Assembly (NCBI GenBank): GCA_015492245.1
Contig: WGFM01000012.1
Location: 126,206 to 190,205 of the forward strand
DNA length: 64,000 nt
Reading direction: 5' to 3'
Origin: Deltaproteobacteria bacterium
GTDB taxonomy: Bacteria > Desulfobacterota > GWC2-55-46 > DRQE01
Shown: positions 29,292-38,499 of the stretch, piece by piece
How positions within the stretch are numbered: the first letter of the stretch is position 1
How the letters are laid out: each line of letters begins with the position of its first letter
The notes under the pieces: model-generated
Databases searched by the model: none
What the model was told of the DNA's origin: nothing
Seen by the model: only the letters and a program-made list of their open reading frames with translations
Translations under genes and position numbers: made by a program

Positions 29292-30646
29292 CTCCTCATG
29301 CTCCTCAATGCCTTGAGAAAATCCTCTGCCTTGAGGAGGGTCTCCCTGTATTCTGCCATGGGATTGGAGTCTGCCACTATGCCCCCACCCACATGTAGAT
29401 AAAGACAGGGCTCTCTGTATACAGCCGTTCTTATGGCCATGGCTATATCCATACTGCCCGACACATCGAGCCAGCCCACCCCCCCTGTGTATATCCCCCT
29501 GGGGACGGGCTCGAGCTCATCTATGAGCTCCATGGCCCTTATCTTTGGTGTGCCTGTTACAGAACCACCGGGGAAGCACTCTTTCAGGGCCATAAGGGGT
29601 GAGAGCCCCTCTGTCAGTGTCGCCCTTACCGTGGATACCATGTGATGCAGGTGGGGCATGCTCTCTATCCTCTGAAAGCTTGCCACCTCCACTGTGCCTG
29701 GCAGGGCGAACCTGCCGAGGTCATTCCTTACAAGGTCTACTATCATGAGGTGTTCTGCCCTCTCCTTGGGGCTTGTGCGCAGCTCTTCTGTAAGGAGGGC
29801 ATCCTCTTCAGGTGTTTTTCCCCTTGGACGTGTGCCCTTTATGGGCTCTATCTCTGCCACCCTGTCTTTTATACGCAGAAGCCTCTCGGGTGAGTTCGAT
29901 ATGAGTTGAAAGCCATCGAACTCCATGAACGAGGAGAACCTCCCCCATCCATCTTTACATAGCTTTCCGTACAGTGCCAGTGCATCTCCACAGGCAGGGA
30001 TCCTGAGCCTCTGGGCAAGGTTTATCTGGTATACATCACCCATGGCTATGTAGTGGAGTGCCTTCTCTATTGCAGCCCTGTAGCCCCTTTCTGTAAAGGA
30101 TGAGTCCATCTCTTCGGGCCTGGCAAGAAAGGGCGGCACAGTGTGTGTGGTCTTTCCTGTGATGAGCCTTTTCATACGCATTATGGCTGTCTTCCCATCG
30201 AGGGAGGCCACGAATCCCCTTGCTCGAGCCCTTTCATATATATAGGTAGTCCTGTAAAAACCCAGCGAGGCAAGGGGAAGCTCCTTTAGTTCGTCCCCCG
30301 GGGCCGGCCTCTTCTTCAACGATGGCTCTATGATTTCGTTGAGCTCATAGGAGAAAAAACCAACCAGACCTGCAGAGAAGGGAAAGAAAGGTTTCCCCCG
30401 GGCTGCCATGGCCTCTTCTTCCAGAAGCTCTGCAATGTAGCAGAAGGGGTCTTTGAAGGGTAGCCTCCTGCCGTTAAGGCGAATGGAGTCCCTGAACACC
30501 TCTATTACAAACGATGGCGCCGCACCAACCACGGTGTGCCTTCTCGAACCATCCTCTACAGAGAGGATGAACCCCCTTCCAAGCCCCCTTATCCTGCAGT
30601 AGGCAGAAAGGGGCCCTATGGGCTCTTCCATGGGCTCGATAACCAT
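29276..30646 (-). CDS. pabB: aminodeoxychorismate synthase component I (chorismate-binding enzyme)
   Basis: 'YQINLAQR', 'NSPERLL', 'PIKGTRPRG', 'E..MIVDL.RND', 'GSVTG.PK.RAMEII.ELE...RG.Y.G' motifs. It is coupled to a class IV aminotransferase. Confidence 0.8.
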   Translation of the reverse strand: MVIEPMEEPIGPLSAYCRIRGLGRGFILSVEDGSRRHTVVGAAPSFVIEVFRDSIRLNGRRLPFKDPFCYIAELLEEEAMAARGKPFFPFSAGLVGFFSYELNEIIEPSLKKRPAPGDELKELPLASLGFYRTTYIYERARARGFVASLDGKTAIMRMKRLITGKTTHTVPPFLARPEEMDSSFTERGYRAAIEKALHYIAMGDVYQINLAQRLRIPACGDALALYGKLCKDGWGRFSSFMEFDGFQLISNSPERLLRIKDRVAEIEPIKGTRPRGKTPEEDALLTEELRTSPKERAEHLMIVDLVRNDLGRFALPGTVEVASFQRIESMPHLHHMVSTVRATLTEGLSPLMALKECFPGGSVTGTPKIRAMELIDELEPVPRGIYTGGVGWLDVSGSMDIAMAIRTAVYREPCLYLHVGGGIVADSNPMAEYRETLLKAEDFLKALRSMRRCTIR

Positions 30647-30689
30647 GGGGATAAGGGTATCACAGACTGGAAGGGAAGGGAAGATGTGG

Positions 30690-30717
30690 TTGACATTTCT
30701 ACATTTTGTAGAATAAT
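30690..30717 (+). promoter_or_regulatory. putative promoter of the copper operon with embedded TTCTACA-TTT-TGTAGAA palindrome
   Basis: TTGACA (30690-95), a 16-nt spacer and AATAAT (30712-17). The spacer carries a perfect 7-3-7 inverted repeat (30697-30713). A second TGnTATAAT lies at 30729-37. Confidence 0.35.
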
Positions 30718-30771
30718 CTGAAAGAAGGTGTTATAATGGTTGAAAAAAAGAGATGAGGAGGAAAGGCAGAG

Positions 30772-31119
30772 ATGTTAAGGAGACTTTTTTCAGCTATCTT
30801 CATGGTGCTGTTGTTTGCGGCCACTGTCCAGGCATACGAGGGTTTCATAAAGCCTGAGCTCGTCTGCATGGTAAACGACAGGATAATGGGTGCTCCCCAG
30901 ATACCCGTTGAGGTAGAGGGCAAGACCTACTATGGCTGTTGTGCCGGGTGTGTTGGGGCACTGAAGAACGACGAGTCGGTACGGTATGGGGTAGACCCCA
31001 TCTCTGGCAACAGGGTGGACAAGGCAGAGGCCTACATAGTGGCAGACCCACTGGGTATAGCCATCTACTTCGAAAATCCTGATAATGCAAGGCGCTACCT
31101 TGAGAAGTTGAAAAAGTAG
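30772..31119 (+). CDS. secreted TRASH/YHS-like metal-binding protein
   Basis: Signal peptide '[21 protein letters not shown]' and a Cys pattern C-x22-CC-x2-C ('CMVND...YYGCCAGC'). It lies directly upstream of copA. Confidence 0.55.
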   Translation: MLRRLFSAIFMVLLFAATVQAYEGFIKPELVCMVNDRIMGAPQIPVEVEGKTYYGCCAGCVGALKNDESVRYGVDPISGNRVDKAEAYIVADPLGIAIYFENPDNARRYLEKLKK

Positions 31120-31148
31120 AGAAAAGCAGTAAAGGAGGTGGTCCCCAT

Positions 31149-33806
31149 ATGGCCAGGGATCCAGTGTGCGGCATGGATGTGGCACCAGGGAGTGCCGCTG
31201 CCACGGTAGAATACAAAGGCAAGACATATTACTTCTGTAATGTGAACTGCAAGAACAGTTTCGAAAAGGAGCCAGAGCGCTACCTCGAAGAAGAGGAGGA
31301 AGAAGAGGGGGAGGAATCCCCCTCTTCCGGTGCCCAGGAGATTGGTGGCAGAAGCTCTGTAACCCTCGATATAAGGGGGATGAGCTGTGCCTCCTGTGCC
31401 GCGAAGATAGAGAAGGCGCTTCGCTCCATAGATGGGGTCATAAAGGCAGAGGTGAACCTTGCCGCAGAGAGGGCAACAGTATGGTTTGATGCCTCCAAGA
31501 CCTCACCCTTAGAGTTCATAAGGGCCATAGAGGGGCTCAACTACTCGGTGCCATCCCAGAAGGTGGTGCTTCCTGTAGAGGGGTTGAGCTGTGCCTCCTG
31601 TGTGGAGAAGATAGAGGGTGCACTCAAGAAGAAAGAGGGGGTTCTTTCTGTCTCGCTGAATTTTGCGACAGAGAAGGCAACGGTTACATACCTGCCCGCT
31701 GTTGTATCCCTTGAGGAGATAATCGAGACCATAAGAGGGCTTGGCTACCATGTGGCAGAGACCGGGGGGCTTGAGGCCGAAGACATTGTTGCAAGACAGG
31801 AGCGGGAGAAGAAGGAGGCCCTCAGAAGGCTCTGGATAAAGTTTGTAACAGGGGTTGTGCTCACCACAGGGGTGTTCGCCTTTACATATCCGGAGTATTC
31901 AGGGTTAGATGCCCTTCTGGGACTGTCGAAGAAGCAATACCTGTGGATACAGTTGATACTTGCCTCGCCTGTGCAGTTCTGGTGTGGTTACGATTTTCAC
32001 AGGGGTATGCTCATAGCATTGAGGCACAGGAGCGCGGATATGAACACCCTCATATCTGTGGGCACCTTTGCGGCCTATCTCTACAGCCTTACCATTACCC
32101 TGTTTCCAGACTATTTCCTGTCCCGTGGCTTTCCAATAGATGCCTATTACGATACTGCAGCAGCCATAATAACACTCATCGTGCTTGGCAGGTTTCTCGA
32201 GGCGAGGGCAAGGGCACAGACCTCTGCGGCCATCAAGAAGCTTGCACAGATGAAGCCCAAGAAGGCACGCATCATAAGGGATGGCAAAGAGGTGGAGATA
32301 CCCGTTGAGGATGTAATGGTTGGTGATATTGTGGTGGTTCGCCCTGGTGAGAAGATACCTGTCGATGGTGTGGTGGAGGAGGGGGAGTCCGCGGTGGACG
32401 AATCGATGATAAGTGGCGAGAGCATGCCTGTGGACAAGAAGCCGGGCGATGAGGTCATAGGGGCCACCATGAACACCACGGGCTCTTTCAGGTTCAGGGC
32501 GAGCAAGGTCGGCAAAGACACGGTACTTGCCCAGATAATAAAGATGGTGGAAGATGCACAGACCCAGAAGCCACCCATCGCACGGCTTGCAGATGTCATA
32601 TCCGGCTACTTTGTGCCAGTGGTCATAGTGATAGCCGTTATAACATTTATAATATGGTACTGGCTTGGCCCAGAGCCGAAACTTACAAGGGCGATGCTCA
32701 GTTTCGTATCTGTGCTCATAATAGCGTGCCCCTGTGCACTGGGGCTTGCAACCCCAACATCCATAATGGTGGGCACAGGCAAGGGGGCTGAAAATGGAAT
32801 ACTCATAAGGGGTGGCGAGTCGCTCGAGACGGCACATAAGCTCACCACCATAGTGTTCGACAAAACAGGCACCCTTACAGAGGGCAAACCCTCGGTTACA
32901 GATGTGGTGCCAGATGAGGGGTTCACCGAAGAGGAACTCCTTCGTCTTGCAGGCACGGTTGAGAAGTTCTCAGAGCACCCAATAGCAAAGGCGGTGCTGA
33001 AAGAGATAGAAAGAAGAGGGATAACCGTGCCAGAGGCAACAGGGTTTACGGCCCTGCCAGGAAGGGGCGGAAAGGTAGGGCTCGATGATAAGGAGGTGAT
33101 CGTCGGTGGCATAAGGCTTATCGAGGAGATGGGGCTCGATGTATCACACCTCAAGGATGAGATTGCACGGGTCTCCGATGAGGGAAAGACCCCTGTGTAT
33201 GTTATAACAGCTGGAAGGCTTGCAGGCCTCATCGCCATCGCAGATACCATAAAGGAGCATACACAGAAGACCGTGGAACTTCTCCACAGGATGAAGCTCG
33301 AGGTTCTGATGATAACAGGAGACACCCACAGAACCGCACAGGCCATAGCCAGAAGGCTCGGTATAGACAGGGTCCTTGCAGAGGTGCTCCCGGAGGACAA
33401 GGCAGAGGAGATAAAGAGGCTTCAAGCTGAGGGAAAGATAGTTGCCATGGTGGGCGACGGCATAAACGATGCCCCGGCCCTTGCACAGGCAGATGTGGGT
33501 ATTGCCATAGGCACGGGAACAGATGTGGCCATGGAGGCATCAGATATAACCCTTATAGGGGGGGACTTGAGGGGTATTGTTACTGCAATAGCACTCAGTA
33601 GAGCCACCATAAGGAACATAAAGCAGAATCTTTTCTGGGCGTTCTTCTACAACACCTCACTCATCCCCGTGGCAGCGGGCGTACTCTATCCGTTCTTCGG
33701 CATAACCCTCAACCCCATATTCGCAGCCTCTGCCATGGCACTATCCTCTGTGAGTGTCGTTACAAACGCATTGAGGCTTAGATGGTTTCGTCCACCAACC
33801 ATATGA
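31149..33806 (+). CDS. copA: copper-translocating P1B-type ATPase
   Basis: N-terminal TRASH/YHS 'DPVCGMDV...YYFCNVNC' and two HMA domains ('GMSCASCA', 'GLSCASCV'). Also 'CPC' in TM6, 'DKTGTLT', 'GDGINDAP' and 'TGES..V.K' (actuator). Confidence 0.93.
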   Translation: MARDPVCGMDVAPGSAAATVEYKGKTYYFCNVNCKNSFEKEPERYLEEEEEEEGEESPSSGAQEIGGRSSVTLDIRGMSCASCAAKIEKALRSIDGVIKAEVNLAAERATVWFDASKTSPLEFIRAIEGLNYSVPSQKVVLPVEGLSCASCVEKIEGALKKKEGVLSVSLNFATEKATVTYLPAVVSLEEIIETIRGLGYHVAETGGLEAEDIVARQEREKKEALRRLWIKFVTGVVLTTGVFAFTYPEYSGLDALLGLSKKQYLWIQLILASPVQFWCGYDFHRGMLIALRHRSADMNTLISVGTFAAYLYSLTITLFPDYFLSRGFPIDAYYDTAAAIITLIVLGRFLEARARAQTSAAIKKLAQMKPKKARIIRDGKEVEIPVEDVMVGDIVVVRPGEKIPVDGVVEEGESAVDESMISGESMPVDKKPGDEVIGATMNTTGSFRFRASKVGKDTVLAQIIKMVEDAQTQKPPIARLADVISGYFVPVVIVIAVITFIIWYWLGPEPKLTRAMLSFVSVLIIACPCALGLATPTSIMVGTGKGAENGILIRGGESLETAHKLTTIVFDKTGTLTEGKPSVTDVVPDEGFTEEELLRLAGTVEKFSEHPIAKAVLKEIERRGITVPEATGFTALPGRGGKVGLDDKEVIVGGIRLIEEMGLDVSHLKDEIARVSDEGKTPVYVITAGRLAGLIAIADTIKEHTQKTVELLHRMKLEVLMITGDTHRTAQAIARRLGIDRVLAEVLPEDKAEEIKRLQAEGKIVAMVGDGINDAPALAQADVGIAIGTGTDVAMEASDITLIGGDLRGIVTAIALSRATIRNIKQNLFWAFFYNTSLIPVAAGVLYPFFGITLNPIFAASAMALSSVSVVTNALRLRWFRPPTI

Positions 33807-34780
33807 CAGAGAAGGAAAGACTTCTGAAAACCCTTCACAGAAGGCCTGTGGATAGAGCCCCTTTTGTGATACCAGCAGGGCTTGTGGCAGCACCCCTCGT
33901 TGGCGCCCCTTCTTTCTGCAAGGAGGATGCCAGCTCTCTGGCAGGGCTTTCTGTAACGATGAGGCATGTTACAGGGGCAGAAAACCTGGCACTGCCCCAT
34001 ACGATGAGGGTGCTCTCTTCATCACTGGGCGGAGAGAATGACCAGCCCGGGGGGGCACACATGGAAGTGGACTATCCACTGGAGGGTGTCTGCCAGTGGA
34101 GGAGGCTTGCAGACACAGAGCCCTTCGGGGACAGAAGGGTGGTGGCAACGGTAGAGTGTATGGAGATACTCTCAAAGGGCTATCCAGAGGTGCCTGTCAT
34201 AGGAGATGTGCCGGCACCATTGAGCCTTGCAGTGGGGCTTGTCAGTGCAGAGAAGGTGTTGCTCTCTGCCGTGAGGGAGAAGGAGGTGCTGTGCTCTTTC
34301 CTCTCATTCCTTACAGATATTATTGAAGAATATGCACTGGCCCTTGTTGAGGCAGGTGCAGATGTGGTGTTCGTAAAGGATGAGTTCTCTGCACTACTGG
34401 GCGAGAGGCTGTTTTCTGCCATCTCTCTGCCCTTCCTCAATGCCCTTGCAGAGAGGGTGCAGAAAAGGGTGCCGGTAATACTTCATCTATGTGGGGAAGT
34501 GGCCAGTGTGGTAGAGGCAGCTGGAAGAAGTGGGGTCAGGGGGCTCAGCGTGGATACAGTGGTGTCCATGGCAGAACTGAGGGGTGCCCTTCCGGAAACC
34601 ACTCTGATGGGCGGTGTCTGTGTGAAAGCCCTATCAGGTGATGAACCTTTCAGGCAGGTGGAATCCCTCCTTGCGGCCACATACGACTCCATGGAGGCAC
34701 ATATAGTGGCGCCATCCTGCGGGCTTATGGACAGGGCCTCGCTCGAAAGACTCGCCATGGTCAAGCCCATGCTCTTTTAA
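33803..34780 (+). CDS. uroporphyrinogen decarboxylase (URO-D) superfamily protein, MtaA/CmuA-like
   Basis: 'ERLLKTL..RPVDR.P' N-terminus and a TIM-barrel URO-D layout with 'HLCG'. ATG 33803 overlaps the copA stop (ATGA). Confidence 0.55.
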   Translation: MTEKERLLKTLHRRPVDRAPFVIPAGLVAAPLVGAPSFCKEDASSLAGLSVTMRHVTGAENLALPHTMRVLSSSLGGENDQPGGAHMEVDYPLEGVCQWRRLADTEPFGDRRVVATVECMEILSKGYPEVPVIGDVPAPLSLAVGLVSAEKVLLSAVREKEVLCSFLSFLTDIIEEYALALVEAGADVVFVKDEFSALLGERLFSAISLPFLNALAERVQKRVPVILHLCGEVASVVEAAGRSGVRGLSVDTVVSMAELRGALPETTLMGGVCVKALSGDEPFRQVESLLAATYDSMEAHIVAPSCGLMDRASLERLAMVKPMLF

Positions 34781-34821
34781 TCCTTGATTTTAATCCTCCT
34801 ACTCTTTATAATCGTTCTTCT

Positions 34822-36387
34822 ATGATGATAAGGAAGATTTTTGCCATACTGGTTTTTGTCTTCTCTGTGGCAGTCTATGGAGCAGGGGCTGGCGAGCCCT
34901 CTGTCAGGATAGCCATACTGCCCTGGAAGGTCCATGCAGAGCCCAGGTATGCCTACATAGGCGGGGCACTGCAGGATATGCTCTCTACAAGGATAGGCTC
35001 GAACCTCAGGGTGGAGCTTATAAGAAAGGATGTTGTAAGAGAGAGGCTTCCTGAAGGTGTGGAGATTACCGAGAGTGTTGCCGAAAAGGTTGGCAGAGAG
35101 GTGGGGGCAGAGTATGTGCTCTTTGGTAGCCTCTCGGTTCTCGGTGATTACATAAGCATGGATGCAAGGCTTGTGGATGTGGACAAAGGCGAGGTTGTGC
35201 CCATCTACAGAAAGAGCAGGGGTGTGGGCACAGTGGTGGATATTGCAGATACTGTGGCACAGGATGTGCTGAAGGCCATGGGCACATGGAAGGAGCCTGC
35301 AAGAGTAGAGAGCCCTGTATACAGGGGAAAATTCAGGCCTGCTGAAGAGGAGCCGAAAAGGAAGGAGCCCCCGGAGGAAGGGGCCAGGATGGTGCCTCCT
35401 CCTGCAAAGGGTGTCAAGGTAGACTTTGTTAAGGCCATAGATGTGAAGGAGGATGTAAAGGATATAGAGTTGTATGACCTTACAGGCGACGGTAGGAAGG
35501 AACTTCTGGCACTTACAGAAGATGAGCTCTTAGTGTTCTCCATGGAGGGAAAGAGGCTTGAGAAGCTCCATGCCATCGAAACAGGAGGTGGCAACATCTC
35601 CATGGATGCCACAGGGGGAGTGCTCTATATATCCAGACTCGGCAGGAGTTCCCCTGATAGCTGTATGGTGTGGTATGAAGAGGAGCCGAAAAAGGTATGT
35701 GGCATACCCTACCTTGTGAGGGTTCTGTATGAAGGCAATATGCCTGTGATTGCTGGGCAGGGCTTCAGAAGAGAGTGGGGGTATACGGACAGGGTAGTTG
35801 TGCTTGAAAGAGATGGGCATACACTTAAGAAGAAAGAAGAGCTGCGGCTGCCCAGGGGTGTAACCCTCTATGGACTCGGGTTCTGCAGGCTCGAAGAGGA
35901 TGGCCCTACCTCTCTATTGTGGCTCGATGGTAAGGGCTACTTGAGGGTATACAATAGAGAGGGTGGAGAACAGACAGCCGGCTTCATAGAGAGATGGCGC
36001 AGCCCCACTGTGTATGGGGGCACACTTAACTGGGTGGAGCTTGAAGAGAGGGAAGATTTTGTGCTCTTTGAGGGCAGATTCTACTGCAGAGACATAGACG
36101 AAGATGGCAGAAAAGAGCTTCTTGTAAAGAAGAATGCCGCGGGTGGGATATTTGGCGAGTGGGCCGAAAGAAAGAGGTTCTTCAAAAGCGGCTCTGTAAG
36201 GGTTCTGGAGTGGCACGGGGTGTCCTTCAGTGAGGAGTGGAAGACAGATGAACTGACCCCCTATGTGGCTGATTTTGTTGTGGATACCCTGGATGGGGTA
36301 AAGACCCTCGTTGTTGTTACATCGGAGAAGGGACGCTTTACAGGGAAGAAAAAAAGTTCTATACTTTTTTACAGACTCGATTTATAA
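34822..36387 (+). CDS. secreted hypothetical protein (LpoB/TolB-N-like N-domain, FG-GAP/VCBS-like C-terminal repeats)
   Basis: Signal peptide. The N-domain reads 'IAILPW.........ALQDML.T.......YVLFGSLSVLGDYISMDARLVDV'. The motifs 'DLTGDGRKELL' and 'DIDEDGRKELLV' are repeated. Confidence 0.45.
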   Translation: MMIRKIFAILVFVFSVAVYGAGAGEPSVRIAILPWKVHAEPRYAYIGGALQDMLSTRIGSNLRVELIRKDVVRERLPEGVEITESVAEKVGREVGAEYVLFGSLSVLGDYISMDARLVDVDKGEVVPIYRKSRGVGTVVDIADTVAQDVLKAMGTWKEPARVESPVYRGKFRPAEEEPKRKEPPEEGARMVPPPAKGVKVDFVKAIDVKEDVKDIELYDLTGDGRKELLALTEDELLVFSMEGKRLEKLHAIETGGGNISMDATGGVLYISRLGRSSPDSCMVWYEEEPKKVCGIPYLVRVLYEGNMPVIAGQGFRREWGYTDRVVVLERDGHTLKKKEELRLPRGVTLYGLGFCRLEEDGPTSLLWLDGKGYLRVYNREGGEQTAGFIERWRSPTVYGGTLNWVELEEREDFVLFEGRFYCRDIDEDGRKELLVKKNAAGGIFGEWAERKRFFKSGSVRVLEWHGVSFSEEWKTDELTPYVADFVVDTLDGVKTLVVVTSEKGRFTGKKKSSILFYRLDL

Positions 36388-36399
36388 TATGAGACGCAC

Positions 36400-36476
36400 G
36401 GCGGTGTAGCTCAGGTGGTTAGAGCAGGGGTCTCATAAGCCCCGAGTCGGTGGTTCGAGTCCACCCACCGCCACCA
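36400..36476 (+). tRNA. tRNA with CAT anticodon (elongator Met, or Ile2 if lysidine-modified), CCA encoded
   Basis: Hand-folded cloverleaf: acceptor GGCGGTG/CACCGCC, D-arm GCTC..GAGC, anticodon stem GGGGT/GCCCC, loop CTCATAA, T-arm GGTGG TTCGAGT CCACC, then A-CCA. The G1-C72 pair argues against an initiator. Confidence 0.9.
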
Positions 36477-36516
36477 TACCTCGACTTTTGAACATCGACG
36501 CTACCCTATCTTGTGG

Positions 36517-37151
36517 CTATACAATGTGCCCACACAGTTCGGCGGACAGTCCCACGGCTTCGTGTTGAAAATTGAGTATAAATAGCTTCTTATCTATAAG
36601 TTCACAAATCGGTTGTAGGTTTTTATCTTTCTTTAAGACTTTCTTAAATCTGTCTCGAGAAACCCTGAAGACAGGGGCATTACCCCAAGCTGCAGCTACT
36701 GTTTGAGTAGAATTTTTAACTATCCAGGAAGGGTCTAAGATAGCATATTGGTAAGTTGGTTTGATGATGTATAGAATTTTGGTATCTTCTTTGGGTACCT
36801 TTTTTTCAGCCTTCTATTTTTAGGAGCAATTTTTGAAATTTTGAAATCATATGCACTCAATAGTTCTTTTGCGTATTGAAACTCTATGTACTTAGCCTCT
36901 CCGCTTGAGTATTTAACGATAAAGTCAGGATCCCTTGTTATCCCACCCTTTCTTAGAAACCATATAAACTTATCACCACCAGACCTTTCTACAATAGCGT
37001 TTTTATCCTCTTCATGAATCTTGTCTCTGAGCCAACGCAGGACCTCAAGCTCTACGATTGCTTTCTGTTTCATATCCTTGCGATATTCAAGATAGGTTCT
37101 TGATTTAATATCGCTTGATTGGGCATATGTTGTTTTTGTGTCCAGATTCAT
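36517..37151 (-). pseudogene. putative type II restriction endonuclease (PD-(D/E)xK-like), frameshifted in an A7 run
   Basis: The track ORF 36735..37151 contains 'DPDF...GEAKYIEFQYAK'. After the A7 run at 36800-36806, a second frame stays open for about 96 codons to TAG at 36517 ('KVPKEDTKILYIIKPTYQYAILDPSWIV...'). One extra A would join the two frames. Confidence 0.55.
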
Positions 37152-37156
37152 TGTTC

Positions 37157-38209
37157 TTAAACAAACAGTCTGGTCTGATAATTGTCTAAATTCTCAACTG
37201 CAAGCTCTGCTATATCAGGAACTATCTCGTAACCTACGCCATTTCTTTTAAGATCAGCAGCTGCTTCCAATGTTGTTCCACTTCCTAAAAATGGATCTAA
37301 GATTGTTTCTCCTACAAAAGAGAATGCTTTTATAATTCTATATGGTAATTCATAAGGGAAAGGTGCAACATGTGATCTGTTGTCTCCGCTATTCTGCGGT
37401 TTCATCGTCCAAACATCGGTATTCTTTATGCTCAGCCAAAAATCTTTGTCAAGTCTCGACTCTTCTTTTTGCCTTTTTGTTAAGTGTCCGTATTTGTTGA
37501 AACCTTTCTTGTCTGGTTTGTTAAACTCTAAGATAAACTCGTGCATGTTGTTTATCAAGATTCCTCCGGGGTATGGGTATGTCCCAAAGTGAGCTCTAAC
37601 TCCGTGCGTCTTATGCCATACAATATTTCTTTTAAAGATGAAACCGATTTCTTACATTACATCTATCGTTCTTCCAACTAAATTGAGTGATTTAAAACCA
37701 TTATTGTTGTCCCTTACTGGTAAATTCATGATATTTATAAAAGCCTTTCTTCCTGGTTGGAGAACTCTGAAGACCTCTTTCCACACCATGCTTATTTTTT
37801 CAAACCATTCATCGAGGTCATGGATACTGCCCAGGTCATTCTCCATGGGTCTTTTGGTGTACATCTTGGCATTGAAGTAGGGCGGAGAAGTAATCATCAA
37901 GTGAATAGAGTTGTCTTCCAAGTCTTCCATCTTCATCGCATTTTTTACATAGATTCTTTGTGTAGTGTTGTTTATTGTCAGTATGTTCTCAGTTGGCACA
38001 CTCTTCCTTTTGTTGTTTCTGCTGTGGTTAGAATGCTCTTTTTCGTATCTTTTCAGCTCTTTCAGGTCAAATCTTTTTTGCCCACTCGCGGCAAGAGTGC
38101 ACTTGAGCTTTTTGGCTTTCACTAAATCGTGCAAACTTTGCACAGTTATTCCTAAATATTTCGCTGCTTCTGTAGAAGATAGGTATTTTCGTTCTTTATA
38201 ATCGTTCAT
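37157..38209 (-). pseudogene. beta-class N4/N6 DNA methyltransferase with N-terminal HTH, interrupted by one in-frame TAA
   Basis: HTH 'LSSTEAAKYLGITVQSLHDLV', motif IV 'TSPPY', then TAA at 37652-37654. The same frame continues 'EIGFIFKRNIVWHK...HEFILEF...HVAPFP..LP...DPFLGSGTT' (motif I). Confidence 0.75.
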
Positions 38210-38499
38210 GGTAGAATCTGAAGAGAGTTGTGTTTGTAATCTTGTTTTCCCGATAGACTACCTTATGATAAGATAACTTGTATGGTATGAGGAGTCAATA
38301 AACAAGCTCTACCATTGTGTATGGATGGTTAAATTTAACTGTATATGAGTGGTTGCCTGCCAGCCTTATAATCTGTGGCAACTGAGGCGCTGGAGGATAG
38401 GGTATAACTCAGATGCGGTCGATTTTGTTTGGTTCTGTTCATGCCACTGTAATTTTTTAGAACCGTTGGATGGTCTATCAGTGCTCGCCTGCTTTTCTT

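Larger units (their letters stand above)
36477..38345. other. visibly AT-rich islet abutting the tRNA 3' end, carrying a degraded R-M pair
   Basis: Base composition and codon usage change abruptly after the tRNA and revert near 38.35-38.5 kb (judged by eye, not computed). No integrase or flanking direct repeat was found. Confidence 0.5.

Noticed and set aside
36400-36476. An initiator tRNA-fMet assignment.
   Set aside because: Position 1-72 is a normal G-C pair, whereas bacterial initiators have a mismatch. Elongator Met or Ile2(CAU) cannot be distinguished by eye.
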